A stretch of DNA of 64,000 nucleotides from Parcubacteria group bacterium GW2011_GWC1_36_108 (GTDB taxonomy: Bacteria > Patescibacteriota > Minisyncoccia > Moranbacterales > GWC2-37-73), in contig LBRD01000007.1 of the NCBI GenBank assembly GCA_000991245.1, forward strand, positions 37,539 through 101,538, read 5' to 3'. Within the stretch, counting starts at the first letter, position 1; each line of letters starts with the position of its first letter. The position numbers and the translations under genes were made by a program. Shown one piece after another: positions 9,378-20,263 of the stretch. The notes under the pieces are model-generated. The model was not told where the DNA came from. It ran no database searches and saw nothing but the letters and a program-made list of their open reading frames with translations.

Positions 9378-9582
9378 TAAATTATGCTGGATTTATTGCA
9401 CGTTTATTGTTATGCTTAGACTGTAAATACAATTTTCAATGATCAATTTCCAATTTTCATATAAATCCTAATGACTCAATGACTAAATTCGCATTTTGTT
9501 TTGAAAATTAAGAAATTGAAAATTAAATGAAAATTGAGAACTGAAAATTGTAAATTAAATAATTTTACTAAATTATTCTATT

Positions 9583-10695
9583 ATGCGAATAGTATTAACT
9601 GGTGGAGGCACGGGAGGACATTTAACACCGCTTGTCGCAGTGGCTGACAAATTAAAAGCGAAACTTGGCAGTGAGGCCAATATTCTTTATATTGGTTCGG
9701 GAGCTGAAATGGAAAAAAAAATAATGTCTGAAGAAGGAATTCCAACAAAATTTGTTATTAGTGGAAAAATGCGACGATATTTTTCCTTTCAAAATTTTAT
9801 TGATTTTTTCAAAGTGCCAATTGGCTTTGTGCAATCATTATGGATATTGCTTCGTTTTATGCCGGACGTTATTTTTTCTAAGGGCGGTTATGTGGCAGTG
9901 CCAATTGTGCTGGCAGGTTGGATATATCGTATTCCGATTATGATTCACGAGTCTGACAGTGCACCCGGAATCGCAAATCAATTTTTGTCTAAATTTGCCA
10001 ACAGGATTGCAGTGGCATATCCAAGCGCTGAAGAATATTTTCCTAAGGAAAAAACGGCATTGGTTGGAAATCCAATACGATTTCAAGTAACTCAAGGTGA
10101 TGCCAAAATATTGCGACAAGAAATTGGCTTTACTGAGTCGCGAAAAACACTCTTGATATTGGGTGGTTCACAAGGATCACGGATTATTAATGAAGCAATT
10201 GTTAAAATCCTTCCGCAACTTTTGCAGCATTTTCAAATTATTCATCAAACCGGACAAGAGCATTATGACAATGTTTTGCGTGAAGCGGCTTTTGTTGGTG
10301 TTAAAGCTGGGCACAATGGATATTATGCTGCGCCGTTTATGAATGCCAATAAACTTCGAGATGCTTTTGCCTTAAGCGATTTGGTTATTAGCAGAGCTGG
10401 CGCAACATTTATCACAGAAATAGCAGCAAACGGAAAGCCAGCAATTTTAATTCCAATTTCTGAAAGTGCAAATGATCATCAGCGTATGAACGCTTATGCG
10501 CTTGCACAAATTGGAGCAGCGCTAGTGCTTGAAGAAGCAAATCTTGGAGAACATATTTTGCTTGAAAAAATAAATCATATTTTGAATGACAATGAACTTC
10601 AAATGAATATGGTTGAAAAAATTAAAACTTTTTATCATCCAACTGCTGCAGACGTTATTGCTAATGGTATTATTGAAATCGCTGAGGCAAACTAA
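9583..10695 (+). CDS. murG: undecaprenyldiphospho-muramoylpentapeptide beta-N-acetylglucosaminyltransferase
   Basis: 'MRIVLTGGGTGGHLTPLVAVADKL' N-terminal signature, GT28 C-terminal domain. Confidence 0.9.
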   Translation: MRIVLTGGGTGGHLTPLVAVADKLKAKLGSEANILYIGSGAEMEKKIMSEEGIPTKFVISGKMRRYFSFQNFIDFFKVPIGFVQSLWILLRFMPDVIFSKGGYVAVPIVLAGWIYRIPIMIHESDSAPGIANQFLSKFANRIAVAYPSAEEYFPKEKTALVGNPIRFQVTQGDAKILRQEIGFTESRKTLLILGGSQGSRIINEAIVKILPQLLQHFQIIHQTGQEHYDNVLREAAFVGVKAGHNGYYAAPFMNANKLRDAFALSDLVISRAGATFITEIAANGKPAILIPISESANDHQRMNAYALAQIGAALVLEEANLGEHILLEKINHILNDNELQMNMVEKIKTFYHPTAADVIANGIIEIAEAN

Positions 10696-10753
10696 TTAAC
10701 ACGAATACAAAACGGATTTTCACGAATAATTATTGTTGTCTACTTTTATATAT

Positions 10754-12139
10754 ATGAATATTAAAGATATTAAAAAAGCTTATTTTGTGGGTATTAAGGG
10801 TGCGGGTATGACTGCTGTGGCTCAAATTTTGCAAAGCAGGAATATTGAAATTTCCGGCTCTGATACGGGCGAGGTTTTTTATACTGACGCAATACTAAAA
10901 CGTTTGAATATTCCATATTATGAAGAATTCATAGCGCGGCACGTTCCAAATGATGCTACTGTTGTTATTTATTCAACTGCTTATAATGAGGGAAATAATG
11001 TTGAAATGGCTGAGGCTAAAAAGATGGGTGTTTTAATGCTGAGTTATCCTGAAATTTTGGGACTTTTGTTTGCTGAAAAACTTGGTATTGCAGTTTGTGG
11101 AACGCACGGAAAAACAACCACCTCGGCGATGCTTGCCAGTGCTCTTACTGAAGCAGAATTGGAGCCTAGTGCAATTGTTGGGAGCAATGTTATTTCATGG
11201 GAGGGTAGTGCACTTTCTGGAAACGGAGAATATTTTGTGGCTGAAGCTGATGAATATCAAAACAAGCTTCGTTTTTACCAGCCGTGGTCTGTGATTCTCA
11301 CAAGTGTTGATTGGGATCATCCTGATTTTTTTCCGGATTTTGTTGAATATAAGAAAGTGTTTAAAGAATTTGTGAAAAAAATTCCCAAAACAGGTTTTTT
11401 GGTGGTTTGGGGTGATAGCAGTGACACATTGGAAGTTGCCGAGAGCGCAAATTGCAATTTGATTACCTATGGTTTTGGGGAAGACAATGAGTATAGAATT
11501 ACAAATTACAAATTACAAATTATAAATGAAAATACGATGCAGTTTTTTGAAGTTGAATATGATGGAAAAAATTTGGGAGAATTTATTTCGCCACTTTCTG
11601 GTAAGCACAATATTTTAAACGCCGCTTCTGTAATTGCACTTTCTCATAAAATGGGATTGGATTTAAGTAAAATAGGAAAATCACTGAATGAATTCAAAGG
11701 GACCACGAGACGTTTTGAATATATTGGAAAATATAAGCAAGCTTTGCTGATTGATGATTATGCTCATCATCCAGATGAAATCAAAGCAACACTTGCTGGC
11801 GCTAAAGATCGCTTCGAAGGAAAAAAAATCTGGACAGTTTTTCATCCGCACACTTTCTCCAGAACCAAAGCGCTGCTCCAAGATTTTGCTCAAAGTTTTG
11901 ATAACACCGAACGTGTGATTGTTATTGATACATATGGAAGTGCACGCGAATCTGGCGGGGAGGCCACTTCTGAAGACTTGGTAACATTGATTAATAAATA
12001 TAACTATAATAAGGCTGAGTATATTCCAACCATTGATGAAGCTACGCAGTATTTGAAAGAAAAGTCAGGAGAATATGACGTGCTTATTACAATGGGCGCA
12101 GGAGATGTTTGGAGAGTCGGACAAGCGCTTAAGGAATAA
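10754..12139 (+). CDS. murC: UDP-N-acetylmuramate--L-alanine ligase
   Basis: 'YFVGIKGAGMTAVAQIL', 'CGTHGKTTTSAM' Mur ligase motifs. Confidence 0.9.
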   Translation: MNIKDIKKAYFVGIKGAGMTAVAQILQSRNIEISGSDTGEVFYTDAILKRLNIPYYEEFIARHVPNDATVVIYSTAYNEGNNVEMAEAKKMGVLMLSYPEILGLLFAEKLGIAVCGTHGKTTTSAMLASALTEAELEPSAIVGSNVISWEGSALSGNGEYFVAEADEYQNKLRFYQPWSVILTSVDWDHPDFFPDFVEYKKVFKEFVKKIPKTGFLVVWGDSSDTLEVAESANCNLITYGFGEDNEYRITNYKLQIINENTMQFFEVEYDGKNLGEFISPLSGKHNILNAASVIALSHKMGLDLSKIGKSLNEFKGTTRRFEYIGKYKQALLIDDYAHHPDEIKATLAGAKDRFEGKKIWTVFHPHTFSRTKALLQDFAQSFDNTERVIVIDTYGSARESGGEATSEDLVTLINKYNYNKAEYIPTIDEATQYLKEKSGEYDVLITMGAGDVWRVGQALKE

Positions 12140-12217
12140 ATTTAAAATTGCTTTTATCTTGGAAAATGTTAAAATTGGGTTAGTAGTGATAATTTTTCTG
12201 AATAATAAATTGAATTT

Positions 12218-12649
12218 ATGCAGCAAAAAATAATAATGTATACAGATGGCGGTTCAAGGGGAAATCCGGGACCAGCGGCAGTTGGTGTGTATATTGAAAC
12301 TTTGAATAAAAAAATTGGACAGTGCATCGGAAACAGGACAAATAATGATGCTGAATATGAAGCTTTGATTTTGGGTTTGCAAAAAGCTAAAATATTTTTA
12401 GGCAAAGAGAAGGCAAAGAAAACTGAAGTGGAATGTTTTTTGGATAGTGAGCTGGTTGTAAAACAATTGAATCATGAATATAAATTAAAAGAACCACGTA
12501 TACAACAATATTTTATTGAAATTTGGAATCTGATGTTGGAATACGGCAAAGTTACCTTTGTGCATATTCCGCGAGAGAAAAATAAAGTTGCAGACGCACT
12601 GGTTAATGAAGCGTTGGATAATCAATGTAAACAAACAAATTTATTGTAA
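12218..12649 (+). CDS. rnhA: ribonuclease HI
   Basis: 'MYTDGGSRGNPGPAAVGVYIE' RNase H fold start, DEDD residues. Confidence 0.8.
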   Translation: MQQKIIMYTDGGSRGNPGPAAVGVYIETLNKKIGQCIGNRTNNDAEYEALILGLQKAKIFLGKEKAKKTEVECFLDSELVVKQLNHEYKLKEPRIQQYFIEIWNLMLEYGKVTFVHIPREKNKVADALVNEALDNQCKQTNLL

Positions 12650-12766
12650 ACAAAAGTTACGCGTTTCGAAACATTTCTTTTTTGGCCAATTGCCTGCCTG
12701 CCGGTAGGCAGGTTGGCGACAGCAACTCTTTGAGCTTTTGGATACTCGCCCCGTCAAATTGTATTT

Positions 12767-14071
12767 ATGTCTAAGAAAAAAAAGTGGATTATCTGGGGCG
12801 TTATTCTTGTTGTCGTTATTGGTGGTGTTATTTTTTATTTTAAAAATAAAAAACCAGTAATAACATATACGACCGCGGATGCAACAAAAGGAACTCTTGC
12901 GCAAACTGTTTCAGTGACAGGGGATTTGGTGGCAAAAGATGAAATTACTCTTAACTTTGAAATTGGCGGGCGAGTGAGTAAAGTTTTTGTCAAAGAAAGT
13001 AATCAAGTTGCAGCAGGCGACAAGATTGCAACACTGACTGACTCAACACTTCAAAAACAAGTTGATCAGGCAAAGGCTGGTCTTGATCAGGCGATTGCAA
13101 CATCTGGTTCAAATAGTGACACTTTGCGCGAAGCAAAAGTAGGTCTTGATAATGCAGAGGATTCATTGGATCAAACAAAAAAATTAAACGATGAAACGGT
13201 TGCTTCTGCAGAGCAGACAGTTGAAAATGCGCAAAAAGCTTATGACGATACCCTGGATTTTTATAATAGCAATATTTCAAAACAAAATAAAATTACACTT
13301 ACAAATGCTGAAAATGCACTTGCAAGTGCCAAGCAAGCGCTTAAAACTGCCAAAGAACAAACAGACCTTTCTGAAATTTCAGCAGACAATGCTGTTTCTA
13401 GCGCTAAGGCCAGAGTTAAAACAGTTGAATCAGATTTCGCCAGAAATGCTCGCAATGCTCAGGTTGCAAGTGCGCGAGCAGTATATGATATGGCTTTGCT
13501 TAATTTGAACAAGGCTGTGCTCATCTCTCCTGTAAATGGCATCATTACGGAAGTTAACAATAAACCAGGGGAAATTCTTGGCACAGGTGTTATCAAGGAA
13601 GCATTTTCACGTGTGATGTCGCTCGATATGATTATTCAATCGCAGGTTCCTGAATCAGACATTGTGAAAGTGAAACTCGGACAACACGCTAGCGTCACAT
13701 TTGACGCGCTCACACCCGAAGATATTTTCGATGCTGATATTATTGAAATAAACCCAGCCTCCACAAATGTGCAAGGTGTTGTGTATTATGATATTAAACT
13801 CAAACTTAACACTCTTGATGCCAGAGTAAAACCGGGGATGAGTTTAAATGTTGATATTAAAACTGCTGAAAAAAGTGAAGTAGTTATGATCCCAAGTCGC
13901 GCAATTAAAATTGAAGAAAATAAAAAGTATACAGAAGTTTTGAAAGCTGACAATGTTACGATAGAAAAAGTTTACGTTGAAACTGGTTTGGAAGGGGATG
14001 ATGGAATGGTGGAAGTTAAAAAGGGTTTGAATGGCGGAGAGAAAGTCGTGACGTTTCAAGTGACGAAGTAG
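12767..14071 (+). CDS. HlyD-family periplasmic adaptor (MacA-like membrane fusion protein)
   Basis: N-terminal TM, biotinyl-lipoyl-like 'ITLNFEIGGRVSKVFVKESNQVAAGDKIATL', long coiled coil, beta-barrel C-terminus. Confidence 0.8.
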   Translation: MSKKKKWIIWGVILVVVIGGVIFYFKNKKPVITYTTADATKGTLAQTVSVTGDLVAKDEITLNFEIGGRVSKVFVKESNQVAAGDKIATLTDSTLQKQVDQAKAGLDQAIATSGSNSDTLREAKVGLDNAEDSLDQTKKLNDETVASAEQTVENAQKAYDDTLDFYNSNISKQNKITLTNAENALASAKQALKTAKEQTDLSEISADNAVSSAKARVKTVESDFARNARNAQVASARAVYDMALLNLNKAVLISPVNGIITEVNNKPGEILGTGVIKEAFSRVMSLDMIIQSQVPESDIVKVKLGQHASVTFDALTPEDIFDADIIEINPASTNVQGVVYYDIKLKLNTLDARVKPGMSLNVDIKTAEKSEVVMIPSRAIKIEENKKYTEVLKADNVTIEKVYVETGLEGDDGMVEVKKGLNGGEKVVTFQVTK

Positions 14072-14100
14072 GTATTAGGTTCTAGGTGTTAGGTGTTAGG
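14069..14100. repeat. TAGGTRTTAGG tandem-like repeats (related inverted copy at 17940-18041)
   Basis: read directly. Confidence 0.4.
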
Positions 14101-14167
14101 AGATACGAATAAAAAAGCCCACAACGTTGATAGCTGCAGACTTTAGTTAGGAGTAAAAGTTGATTGA

Positions 14168-14365
14168 TCATTCATCAGTTTCTTTTTGTTTCTCTAAATG
14201 CATGCCGACACTTGAGCCAATATAGAGACCCATGGCTAGTAAGGCGGCCATGTCTACGAGTGCCGCTGCTGACAGATCTGGTTTATGGCCGAGACTTTTG
14301 TTGATAAACTGAATAATAGTATAGAGACCAGATGAAATAGCTATTCTGATTATTATTTCACTCAT
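14168..14365 (-). CDS. small hydrophobic hypothetical protein (65 aa)
   Basis: preceded by GGGAGGAAAATG RBS on minus strand. Confidence 0.35.
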   Translation of the reverse strand: MSEIIIRIAISSGLYTIIQFINKSLGHKPDLSAAALVDMAALLAMGLYIGSSVGMHLEKQKETDE

Positions 14366-14521
14366 TTTTCCTCCCTTGGCTTCCTTGAGCCATTTGTGAT
14401 ATTTGATTGCTAACGAACCACGATAGTCTATTATACTCTAAAATAATAAAAAAGTCAAGCACGCGCTAAGGCGCGAGTAAAAAGGTTCTAAAGTTTGTAA
14501 AGTTCATAAAGTAAATAAGAT

Positions 14522-15247
14522 ATGAAATTAATAGAAGTTGAAAATTTGGTTAAGACTTATGATAGTGAGGGCGTGCAGACTCAGGCGATGAGGGGTCTTA
14601 ATTTTACGATTGAAAAAGGCGAGTTTGTTTCGATTATGGGACCGAGTGGCAGCGGCAAATCAACGTTGATGCAAATTTTAGGAATGCTTGATCGTCCCAC
14701 GACGGGAGCTTATTTGTTTGAAGGAAAAAATATCAACTCCTATTCTGACGATGAATTGTCAAAACTTCGCAATAAAAAAATTGGTTTTGTTTTTCAATCA
14801 TTCAATTTACTTCCGCGTACTACGGTATATGAAAATACGGAGCTGCCACTTCTTTATGACGAAGATCATTTGGAAGTACATAATAAAGAAAAAATAAACA
14901 AAGCCTTGGCCGCTGTGGGAATGAGCCATCGCATCCAATATCTTTCAAATCAGCTTTCTGGCGGAGAAAAACAACGCGTGGCCATTGCGCGTGCTCTTGT
15001 GAATGACCCAGAAGTTATTTTTGCTGACGAGCCAACTGGAAACCTTGATTCAAAATCAGGACTTGCTGTGATGCGAATTTTGCAAAAACTTAACGACGAT
15101 GGGCACACTGTTATCTTGGTAACTCACGAAACATATACTGCTCAACACGCCAAGCGAATTTTGAATATGAAAGACGGGCAAATTATTTCCGATGAACTTG
15201 TAAAAAATCGCTTAGTGGCAGATGGGGAAGGAGAACTCTTAAAGTAA
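14522..15247 (+). CDS. ABC transporter ATP-binding protein (MacB/LolD type)
   Basis: Walker A 'GPSGSGKST', signature '[15 protein letters not shown]', Walker B '[11 protein letters not shown]'. Confidence 0.9.
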   Translation: MKLIEVENLVKTYDSEGVQTQAMRGLNFTIEKGEFVSIMGPSGSGKSTLMQILGMLDRPTTGAYLFEGKNINSYSDDELSKLRNKKIGFVFQSFNLLPRTTVYENTELPLLYDEDHLEVHNKEKINKALAAVGMSHRIQYLSNQLSGGEKQRVAIARALVNDPEVIFADEPTGNLDSKSGLAVMRILQKLNDDGHTVILVTHETYTAQHAKRILNMKDGQIISDELVKNRLVADGEGELLK

Positions 15248-15403
15248 TTTCCAATAACCAATTTCCAATTTCCAATAAATTCGCCATCCGGCGAAATTGC
15301 AATACAGCGAAGTGGTTTTTATTTTGGTTTGAAAATTTAAAGAATTGAAAATTGTGAATTGAAAATTATAAATTCAATAAAATGCGCAAAACTCTAAGAT
15401 TTT

Positions 15404-16645
15404 ATGAAACTTACTTCTCCAATTAAAATTTCCTATAAAAACCTAATGGCGGCCAAGTTCCGCTCATTTTTGACGATTCTGGGAATTATTATTGGAATTG
15501 CGAGTGTGATTATTGTGATGGCAATTGGGGCAAGTGCTCAGCAACTTATTATTGCGCAAGTTTCAGGTGTTGGTTCGAATCTTGTTGGCGTTTTGCCGGG
15601 AGCTTCTGATGAAAAAGGTCCTCCCGCATCTGTGCTTGGAATTGTGACAACAACATTAAAGCAATCAGATCTTGATGCGGTTTTGCTCAAAAAAAATGTT
15701 CCAAATGCTGTGGCAGCCTCTGGATATGTAAGTGGAATAGGAACTGCAAAATACAAAAACAATTCTCGGCAGAACAATTTTCAAGGTGTTTCTGCGGATT
15801 TTATTGATGTTGAAAAAAATGATTTAAGTTCGGGAAGATTTTTTACAGACGAGGAAGATTCAGGTTTGGCGCGCGTGGCAGTTTTGGGATCAAACACTGC
15901 AAAGGAACTTTTTGAAAACGAAGATCCAATTGGGAAAATGTTTTCGCTCAAAGATGTGAATTTCACGGTGGTTGGTGTTTTGGCACTGAAGGGAGGATCA
16001 GCAGTTTCTAATCCTGATGAGCTTGTGTATATGCCACTTTCTACTGCTCAAAAAATTCTGCTCGGAATCGATTATCTCAATTTTATGCGTGTAAAAATTG
16101 ATAATCCTGAAAACATAACTCGCGCTGTTGCGGATATAAAATATACCATCAGAACTCAGCATAGAATTAAAAATCCAAATGACGATGATTTTTCAGTTCG
16201 TGACACTGCGCAAGCTCTTAATATGATTACTAATATTACCAATGTGCTTAAATATTTCCTAGCTGGAATTGCGGCGATTTCACTACTGGTTGGCGGTGTT
16301 GGTATTATGAATATTATGCTTATTTCTGTTACGCAGCGTATTCGCGAAGTCGGTCTGCGAAAAGCTGTTGGCGCGCGCAATCGTCACATTATTACGCAGT
16401 TTTTGATTGAAGCTGTTTTTATTACTTTGGTTGGCGGTATAATCGGAATTATTTTTGGGATCTTGATTTCACTTCTGGCTGCAGTTGTTATTAATGCTTT
16501 GGGATATGAATGGGAATTTTTGATTTCATTTAGTTCGATTGTGGTTGCAACAATGGTATCGGCAGCTATTGGTCTTTTGTTTGGTTTATATCCTGCTCGC
16601 AAGGCCGCGAGAATAAGCCCAATGGAGGCGTTGAGATATGAATAA
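15404..16645 (+). CDS. ABC transporter permease, MacB/FtsX family
   Basis: N-terminal TM + periplasmic domain + C-terminal FtsX 4-TM with 'REVGLRKAVGA'. Confidence 0.85.
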   Translation: MKLTSPIKISYKNLMAAKFRSFLTILGIIIGIASVIIVMAIGASAQQLIIAQVSGVGSNLVGVLPGASDEKGPPASVLGIVTTTLKQSDLDAVLLKKNVPNAVAASGYVSGIGTAKYKNNSRQNNFQGVSADFIDVEKNDLSSGRFFTDEEDSGLARVAVLGSNTAKELFENEDPIGKMFSLKDVNFTVVGVLALKGGSAVSNPDELVYMPLSTAQKILLGIDYLNFMRVKIDNPENITRAVADIKYTIRTQHRIKNPNDDDFSVRDTAQALNMITNITNVLKYFLAGIAAISLLVGGVGIMNIMLISVTQRIREVGLRKAVGARNRHIITQFLIEAVFITLVGGIIGIIFGILISLLAAVVINALGYEWEFLISFSSIVVATMVSAAIGLLFGLYPARKAARISPMEALRYE

Positions 16646-16688
16646 TGGTTCATAAAGTTTGTAAAGTTCATAAGGTTTGTAAAGTAAA

Positions 16689-17942
16689 ATGAGAAGATTA
16701 TTTTTATCAATAAGATTAGCTTTTGGAAATCTGCGTAATAATAAAGGCAGGACTGTTTTGACATTGGTTGGAATTGTAATTGGGATTATGTCGGTTATTG
16801 TGGTTTCTTCTAGTGGACAAGGACTTAAAAATTATGTGCTTGGACAATTTGATAGTTTTGGAACTGATGTGATTCAAATTGAAACAAAGGTTCCCGCAAC
16901 AGGAAAAACTTCAGCTGCAAATGCAGAAGGTCAAGCAACAGGAATTCAAATAACAACTCTGAAAGTTTCAGATGGAGAAGCGCTGGCTAAAATTCCAAAT
17001 GTGGCAAGTTTTGCAGCAGGAACAATGGGTCAAGAGCTGACAAGTTATAAAAATGAAAATAAAAGAGCGATGCTTTTTGGGGTTGGTGCTAATTATCCCC
17101 AGGTGGACAGTGCTGTGAAGGTTCAGGAAGGAATTTTTTATGATCAGGCTGCTGATGATAGTTTGGGACAAGTTGCGGTTATCGGACCTGATATTAAAGA
17201 AACTCTTTTTGGCACTGAAGATGCCATTGGAAAGTCAATCAAAATTAAAAATATGGATTTCCGTGTGATTGGAGTTTTGGAAGAAAGAGGTGCAGTTACA
17301 TTTTTTAATTATGATGAACTCATTTATATTCCCGTGCAAACATTGCAAAAGAAAATTTTAGGAATTGATTATGTGCGTTTTATTACTGTTAAAGTTAAAG
17401 ATCAAAATCTTATTGAGGTAACCGTGGCTGATATTGATGATACATTAAAAAGAATTCATCGTACTTATAAACCAGAGCAAGAAGATTATTCAATTACAAC
17501 TATTCAGGAGGCGCAAAAAATAATTGAGGATGTTTTTGGCACGATTAATATTTTGTTGTTGGCGCTCACTTCCATCTCTTTGATTGTGGGTGGGGTGGGA
17601 ATTATGAATGTTATGTATGTGGCGGTGTCTGAGAGAACATTTGAAATAGGTTTGCGAAAAGCTGTTGGCGCAAAAGAGAACGACATTCGCAATCAGTTTT
17701 TGTTTGAAGCGGTTTTTCTGACCATTGTTGGCGGTGTGGTGGGTATTATATTGGGGTATTTGATTTCTCTTGGATTTTCTTATGTTATAAGTTTGTTGGG
17801 TTATACGCTTAACTTTTCTCTTACCTTAAATTCTATTTTAATAGCGGTTGGCTTTTCCGCTACTACCGGAATAATTTTTGGTTATTATCCTGCTTACAAA
17901 GCTTCAAAATTAAGTCCGATGGAAGCGCTAAGAAAAGAATAG
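16689..17942 (+). CDS. ABC transporter permease, MacB/FtsX family (second copy)
   Basis: same architecture, 'FEIGLRKAVGA'. Confidence 0.85.
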   Translation: MRRLFLSIRLAFGNLRNNKGRTVLTLVGIVIGIMSVIVVSSSGQGLKNYVLGQFDSFGTDVIQIETKVPATGKTSAANAEGQATGIQITTLKVSDGEALAKIPNVASFAAGTMGQELTSYKNENKRAMLFGVGANYPQVDSAVKVQEGIFYDQAADDSLGQVAVIGPDIKETLFGTEDAIGKSIKIKNMDFRVIGVLEERGAVTFFNYDELIYIPVQTLQKKILGIDYVRFITVKVKDQNLIEVTVADIDDTLKRIHRTYKPEQEDYSITTIQEAQKIIEDVFGTINILLLALTSISLIVGGVGIMNVMYVAVSERTFEIGLRKAVGAKENDIRNQFLFEAVFLTIVGGVVGIILGYLISLGFSYVISLLGYTLNFSLTLNSILIAVGFSATTGIIFGYYPAYKASKLSPMEALRKE

Positions 17943-18041
17943 GTAATTAGGTGCTAGATATTAGGTATTAGGTGTTAGGAAATGCCAGATATGTAGCTTA
18001 AAATTTGTTAAGACCTAATACTTATAACCTAGAACCTAGCC
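17940..18041. repeat. imperfect long palindrome built from TAGGTRTTAGG units (ggtgttagg ... cctaatac)
   Basis: read directly; immediately after permease stop, could act as terminator-like hairpin. Confidence 0.4.
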
Positions 18042-18280
18042 AAATACTACACAATATTTTATGCAACCTTGCAAGTTGTAGGTTTTATGCGGTTGTGGTA
18101 ACATATAGGGACAAATTAACCAGTAAAAAAGAGGTTCACCCTGTTAAATAATTTTAAATTTCTTAAAAAATTTAAAATTAAGATTTGGCAAGGTGGATTG
18201 ATGTATAAAGAATAATAACCTAATCTAGGGTAAGTTGGTTCTAAATAACTTGTAGGGCCAAATCTTATTTAACAGGGTAA

Positions 18281-18715
18281 ATGCATCAAGACAAAAAAAG
18301 AGAAGAGCTTGAACAAAAAAAGGAATTCGAACGACTTCAACAAGAAGAATTGTTTGAACTTGAACAAGAAGAAGATTTGTCTGAAGTAGAAACAGAAGAA
18401 GATCAGCAAAATAAAAATCTAGAACAAACACAAGAAAGCCAACCAATCGAAAATGAAATGGAACGTGCAAAAAAAAGAAGAAGGGAAGTTATCTTTGAAA
18501 TGGCATTGTTCTTTATTCTAGGTGTTCTTTTGGGAGTGACAATTAAAACGGAGGCAGTGAAAAAAATCACAATAGGATTTAATGATTATCAAATAACCAA
18601 ATCATCGCAGAAATATGACATTGCTGAATTGAAGAAAGCTCTTGATGAACAAGCAGCAGAGCAAGCCGCACAAGAACAAATACAAATGGAAAACCAGAAT
18701 CAACCACAACAGTAA
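18281..18715 (+). CDS. hypothetical single-TM protein with acidic coiled-coil N-terminus
   Basis: ORF with one TM (FEMALFFILGVLLGVTI); start codon embedded in TTTAACAGGGTAAAT motif. Confidence 0.5.
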   Translation: MHQDKKREELEQKKEFERLQQEELFELEQEEDLSEVETEEDQQNKNLEQTQESQPIENEMERAKKRRREVIFEMALFFILGVLLGVTIKTEAVKKITIGFNDYQITKSSQKYDIAELKKALDEQAAEQAAQEQIQMENQNQPQQ

Positions 18716-18752
18716 ACATACAACATTTAACATTTAACACTCGAAAAATCCT

Positions 18753-19928
18753 ATGGATGAAGAAAAAAATGAAATTTACCCAGTGCAATCCAGCAAAGCT
18801 GGAATTTCGCAAAACGAAATTATTGCACCGGGTGAAGATGCTTCTATAGAGGAAGTTGTTGAGGAACAAGAAATCGATTCATCTGTTGAAGAAGTTGAAG
18901 AAACAGAAGAAGAAAAAAAGGATAAAAAAATCAAAAACTTAATTTCAGCAGTGATCCTGCTCGCTGGTTTGTTTGTTGGAAGTTTGTTTGTTGATGCAAT
19001 CCAAATGATTAGAGGCGGTGGTTTTTCTCAGCGCGTGCTGAATGAGGCTGATGTCTTTGCGTTAGGTGGAAAAACTTGGGTTGCTTACAATGAACCGTTG
19101 GTAAAAGTCCAAGTGATTTCTGATGATACTTGCGAAGCTTGTGCTCCAGATGAGGTGTTGGTCGGTCTCAAACAAGCACTGCCAACAATGCAAAATGAAA
19201 AAATAGATGCAAATTCTGCTGTTGGCCAAAAGCTTATTGCTGATTTCAAGATTAAAACAATTCCGGCATTTATTTTCTCAAAGGAAATAGAAAAAACAGA
19301 ATTGTTTGCAAAAGCTGAGCCATTTTTGGATAAACAAGGAGGTTCCTATGCAATTAAAAGCGCAGAAGCTGGATTTCCAGTAGGGAAATATGTTTCAGCT
19401 CCACAAATTTCAGATAAAGATATTTCAATTGGTTCTACTGAATCAACGGTAAAAGTTATTGCGTTTAGTAACTTTCAAAGTCCTAGTGATAAGAAAGCAT
19501 ATGCTGATATTATCACTCCAATGTTGAAAGAGTATGGTGATCGCATTCAGGTTGTTTTCAAGAGTTATGTTCCACCAACAGCAACGCAAGGAATTAGTGC
19601 AGCTTTGGCTGCAGCTTGTGCAAATGAACAAGGAAAATTTGTTGATTATGCTGGTAAACTTTTTGCTTCTCAAGATGTCTGGGGAAAAGCCAAAGACGCT
19701 GCTCCAATTTTGAAAGGATATGCAGCAACTCTCGGGCTTAATGCTCAAGATTTTAACAAATGTCTTGATGATAAAAAATATCAAGATCAAATCACTGCAA
19801 CTGTTGCAGAGGGTCAAAGTTTTGGATTGCAAACAACACCTTCAATTTTTGTTGGAACAGATTTGCAACTTCCAACCGCAAAATATGACGATATGAAAAA
19901 GGTTATTGAACAGCAGCTAGCAAAATAA
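18753..19928 (+). CDS. membrane-anchored DsbA-family thioredoxin-fold protein (thiol:disulfide oxidoreductase-like)
   Basis: TM anchor; 'CEAC' CxxC; C-terminal DsbA-like domain. Confidence 0.65.
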   Translation: MDEEKNEIYPVQSSKAGISQNEIIAPGEDASIEEVVEEQEIDSSVEEVEETEEEKKDKKIKNLISAVILLAGLFVGSLFVDAIQMIRGGGFSQRVLNEADVFALGGKTWVAYNEPLVKVQVISDDTCEACAPDEVLVGLKQALPTMQNEKIDANSAVGQKLIADFKIKTIPAFIFSKEIEKTELFAKAEPFLDKQGGSYAIKSAEAGFPVGKYVSAPQISDKDISIGSTESTVKVIAFSNFQSPSDKKAYADIITPMLKEYGDRIQVVFKSYVPPTATQGISAALAAACANEQGKFVDYAGKLFASQDVWGKAKDAAPILKGYAATLGLNAQDFNKCLDDKKYQDQITATVAEGQSFGLQTTPSIFVGTDLQLPTAKYDDMKKVIEQQLAK

Positions 19929-20034
19929 CAAACAACTTACAACAAACAACTTACAATGGAAGGTGATTAGCTGTCACCCTCCATTTGCATTTCCTGGTTG
20001 TTTGTTGTCGGTAATTAGTTGTTGGTTGATATTA

Positions 20035-20062
20035 TTGACAACATCTCTTGAGCTGCTATAAT
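20035..20062 (+). promoter_or_regulatory. sigma70-type promoter TTGACA-16-TATAAT
   Basis: consensus hexamers, no ORF downstream before terminator. Confidence 0.55.
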
Positions 20063-20068
20063 CAACAT

Positions 20069-20217
20069 ATGAGTATAAACAAACCAAACCACAATTTAAT
20101 ACAGTTTATGTATTTTTGGTTTACGGGCCTTCATGGTCGGTTTGTTTTTGCTAATTGTGAATAAAAGATAAATTCACAATGTGCTCAAATAATCCCGACC
20201 TCGGTCGGGTTTTTTGT
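20069..20217 (+). ncRNA. candidate small RNA (~150 nt) between consensus promoter and intrinsic terminator
   Basis: promoter 20035-20062, terminator cccgacc..ggtcggg+T6 at 20192-20217, no plausible ORF; identity unknown. Confidence 0.35.
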
Positions 20218-20263
20218 TATTTAAAAACAGCATACAAAATAAAATAGGAAAGGAGAAATTCTC

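Noticed and set aside
12650-12766. Hairpin cctgcc-ggta-ggcagg after rnhA as a terminator
   Set aside because: There is no U-run and it is followed directly by the macA start region, so the call is ambiguous and it is not listed as a terminator.
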